A DNA stretch of 20,000 nucleotides from Limisphaerales bacterium (GTDB lineage Bacteria > Verrucomicrobiota > Verrucomicrobiia > Limisphaerales > SIBE01), in assembly GCA_044225505.1 (NCBI GenBank), contig JBGAIN010000020.1, positions 56,183 through 76,182 on the forward strand, read 5' to 3'. A program made the position numbers and the translations under genes. Of this stretch, positions 18,701 to 20,000 are shown in pieces (the stretch's first letter is position 1; every line of letters starts with the position of its first letter). The notes beneath the pieces were generated by a model, which worked only from the letters and a program-made list of their open reading frames with translations, was not told where the DNA came from and did not search any database.

Positions 18701-18798
18701 TGGCTGTTCTCTGGACCGGCCGGAGCTGCGGCCTCCAGCCCGCTTCTGGAGAAGAGAAGCAGGGCGACGCCAGTGATTACCCAAGCATGAACCCGCAT
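15796..18798 (-). CDS. Sensor histidine kinase with periplasmic beta-propeller (Reg_prop) repeats, Y_Y_Y domain, TM helix, HisKA_3 and HATPase
   Basis: Signal peptide, many D..G.LW.GT.GGGL repeats, YRFQVSACNEDGVW, TM helix after FWKTWWF, H-box ERSRIARDIHDQLGASLT, N-box EAVTNIVRHA and EDNGRG. Confidence 0.95.
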   Translation of the reverse strand: MRVHAWVITGVALLLFSRSGLEAAAPAGPENSQFIIDCWTTENGLPQNEVTSILQTHDDYLWVGTLGGLVRFDGIRFKVYDEGNTPGLTSARILNLFEDSQRNLWIGTANGGVFQMQGTQVSRFDLGQELQAGRLAAAGEGADGAIWLHLTNDQLIRIGSGRTNRFAIGAGPTTEYRGLAVSRSGPCWVGTDHFLLGIDNQGGTNGTTLPVEQSIVPGKLDYLLASRDGGFWCLADGRVFKSTASGDLQKMGWGWYPWLAFQFQKRLSTACEDRDGNLIVGTLGAGLFWFNSKGEAAHISTNQGLSNDYVLSLHMDRQGDLWVGTDGGGLNRVKRPVFGVLESTRGLVVKTVSEDSKGGLWIGCNPGNLFYWRDGTSQPMELRARAVLVDRKQRIWAGTDGAGLIHVQGNRLRPVPGFDPALQFVNAIHQDRRGGIWVGAQRGLAYFDETVWKTFTEQDGLTSRNVQAIVDDAEGNLWVGTEGGGLIQWKDGKRLAEFRKGADGLPSDNVSALYVDAEGILWIGTDGGGLARLAHGQWTRLTREAGLASNSIGYILEDDQGFLWLGSNAGLMRSSKRALNDFALGRTNTILCRVYGRPDGLPIRECSSGSQPGPWRSRDGTLWFPTIKGLAFVNPAALRPNPNPPPVRIEAVSIDGQALPNGASASGEWAPIRVPPGKERIEIQFSSLNLSAPDRTRFRYRLGESEWSDAGTVSSVHYDKLPPAEYRFQVSACNEDGVWNESGATLAFTMTPLFWKTWWFLTTVAGSLIGGVAVLVHYISTQKLQRQLMQLRQREALESERSRIARDIHDQLGASLTQVALLGELVESDKDAPAEVEAHARQISQTARDTTRVLDEIVWAVNPANDTLDGLITYICKYTQEYLTVAGLQYRLDVPSPLPTTQLPPEVRHNVFLACKEAVTNIVRHAQASAVWVRLRLADRTFILEIEDNGRGPEGQAQKTAQGRNGVRNMRNRLEEVGGGFHFAPAPERGTLVRLTVPLG

Positions 18799-18813
18799 AC
18801 AGGGAAGGGGAAG

Positions 18814-19866
18814 CTAAGGCCGCTTTTGTGGAGGCTCTAACATCAGATCTTCCAAGACCCGACCAACGTCTGCCGGGGCCATCTTCGAGATCAAGTATCG
18901 ATGATTCTTTTCGGTCCCAGGAATCCATTCGTTGTAACCGAATGGCACGCGGGCGTGCATCAGACAGAACCCGGGTGCGGACAGCGTCCAATAGTCTTTT
19001 TCTCCTCGGACCGCGAACAGGACTGCGGTGTGATCCCAGCTTTCGCGGTCTTTCAGCCCATTGAAATGCTGGTAACAAGCGCGGACCGGATTGCTCTCGG
19101 GCGTTTCTCGCAAGCGCTGGCCAGACTTAATGCGGTTGCCAATCTCGAACCCAGTGAACACAACGGGCGTTGGCCAGTCGTTGATGGCTCGCACGGAAGC
19201 GGTGGTGTCGTAATTCACATTGTACTCGCTCCCGCCGTTCGGGAAGAGACCGTCCGGGAACTTGCCACCCATGCAAACCCAAAGGCGCACTTTGCGCCGG
19301 ACCAAAGCCTCGCCGTCCAGTGGACTCGATTCGTCCTTGGTCGTGTTCAACAAGTTCTGCAAGTTGGTCAGGAAGCCTACCGTCACAATGACGACACTCG
19401 CGTCGGGCTGAGCAGCAAGGATCTTCCGATAAAGCCGAGCCGCCTCCGGCGCGTCGCTGCTTTTCATGAGATCATGAGGAAACTGCGCCGCTACTTTTCC
19501 CGCGTAGTTCGACGGAGTTTCTTTATTGGCGTCCGCGCCGCCTGGGTATCCATAGCGCAGGCCTTGCACGTATCCAATGGGGATCTCTGGCCGGCCGTAA
19601 TACGTGTTGATTGCATCCAGGCATGGGCCGACCGATTCGTTGCGAGACGAAATCATCGTGGCCAGGATTTCGGCTTCGCCGCGATTAGCCAAGGCGTGGA
19701 GGACGGCCAGCGCTCCGGCGTCGTCGACGTCCTCAGCCATGTCCGTATCGAAAATGATCTTGGCCGGCGCCGCCGCAAGGCTGGGGACGGCCAGAAAAAG
19801 GCACAGGATTCCCAGATCGCAGCAGCGACGGAACCGGGCGAGCCAGAATGTGTCCGAGGTTTTCAT
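18814..19866 (-). CDS. Exported nucleoside hydrolase-like protein (IU-NH family)
   Basis: Signal peptide ending SLAAA, Asp cluster IIFDTDMAEDVDDAGAL, VTVGFLTNL, CMGG, EYN and ESWD. Confidence 0.88.
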   Translation of the reverse strand: MKTSDTFWLARFRRCCDLGILCLFLAVPSLAAAPAKIIFDTDMAEDVDDAGALAVLHALANRGEAEILATMISSRNESVGPCLDAINTYYGRPEIPIGYVQGLRYGYPGGADANKETPSNYAGKVAAQFPHDLMKSSDAPEAARLYRKILAAQPDASVVIVTVGFLTNLQNLLNTTKDESSPLDGEALVRRKVRLWVCMGGKFPDGLFPNGGSEYNVNYDTTASVRAINDWPTPVVFTGFEIGNRIKSGQRLRETPESNPVRACYQHFNGLKDRESWDHTAVLFAVRGEKDYWTLSAPGFCLMHARVPFGYNEWIPGTEKNHRYLISKMAPADVGRVLEDLMLEPPQKRP

Positions 19867-19873
19867 GCGCGAG

Positions 19874-19879
19874 AGCTTA
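19874..19879 (-). promoter_or_regulatory. -10 box placed for a leaderless transcript of the hydrolase/kinase/regulator cluster
   Basis: Minus strand TAAGCT-ctcgcgc-ATG (7-nt gap) with no Shine-Dalgarno sequence. Confidence 0.4.
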
Positions 19880-20000
19880 GCGTGAAGCTGGAGAAATGTT
19901 CAGGCGAAATCGCGAATGGATGGGCGGACGGCGGGAGTGCGCTGCTGGCTCAGACACGATGGATCAGGACCGCAAGGCTGCACCTCACGATGTAAAACAG

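Noticed and set aside
18901..19995. 364-aa plus-strand ORF
   Set aside because: Antisense to the well-supported nucleoside hydrolase-like gene, with no protein-like motifs.
19950..20000. Possible 3' end of an upstream minus-strand gene (LFYIVRCSLAVLIHRV*)
   Set aside because: Only 16 codons are visible, too short to support a call.

Overview
GC-rich bacterial chromosomal segment. The gene content (a [11 protein letters not shown]9-DG prepilin-like gene, a large exported protein ending FYRLRR, a two-domain NDK, a propeller/Y_Y_Y sensor kinase) suggests Verrucomicrobiota, but this is inference. About 14 genes, in order: a ~1275-aa exported lectin/PA14/2x LamG-like protein, a convergent prepilin-like gene, an S41 peptidase coupled to an exported protein, a Tat-exported TIM-barrel enzyme, a YfgM-like TPR protein, ugd, a MutT-like Nudix enzyme, a DUF5679-like Zn ribbon plus a tandem-domain NDK, L-lactate permease, and a nucleoside hydrolase-like / sensor kinase / NarL-type regulator cluster. 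I saw no mobile element, CRISPR array, tRNA or rRNA. Three signals stand out. (1) The promoter and leader of the Zn-ribbon/ndk operon have the geometry of pyrC-type CTP/GTP start-site switching with an SD-occluding hairpin. (2) An orphan promoter is followed by three stacked hairpins at 14.9-15.0 kb, a candidate sRNA. (3) The response regulator lacks the phosphoacceptor strand, which is either real or an assembly error. All calls come from reading the sequence by eye; no searches were run.
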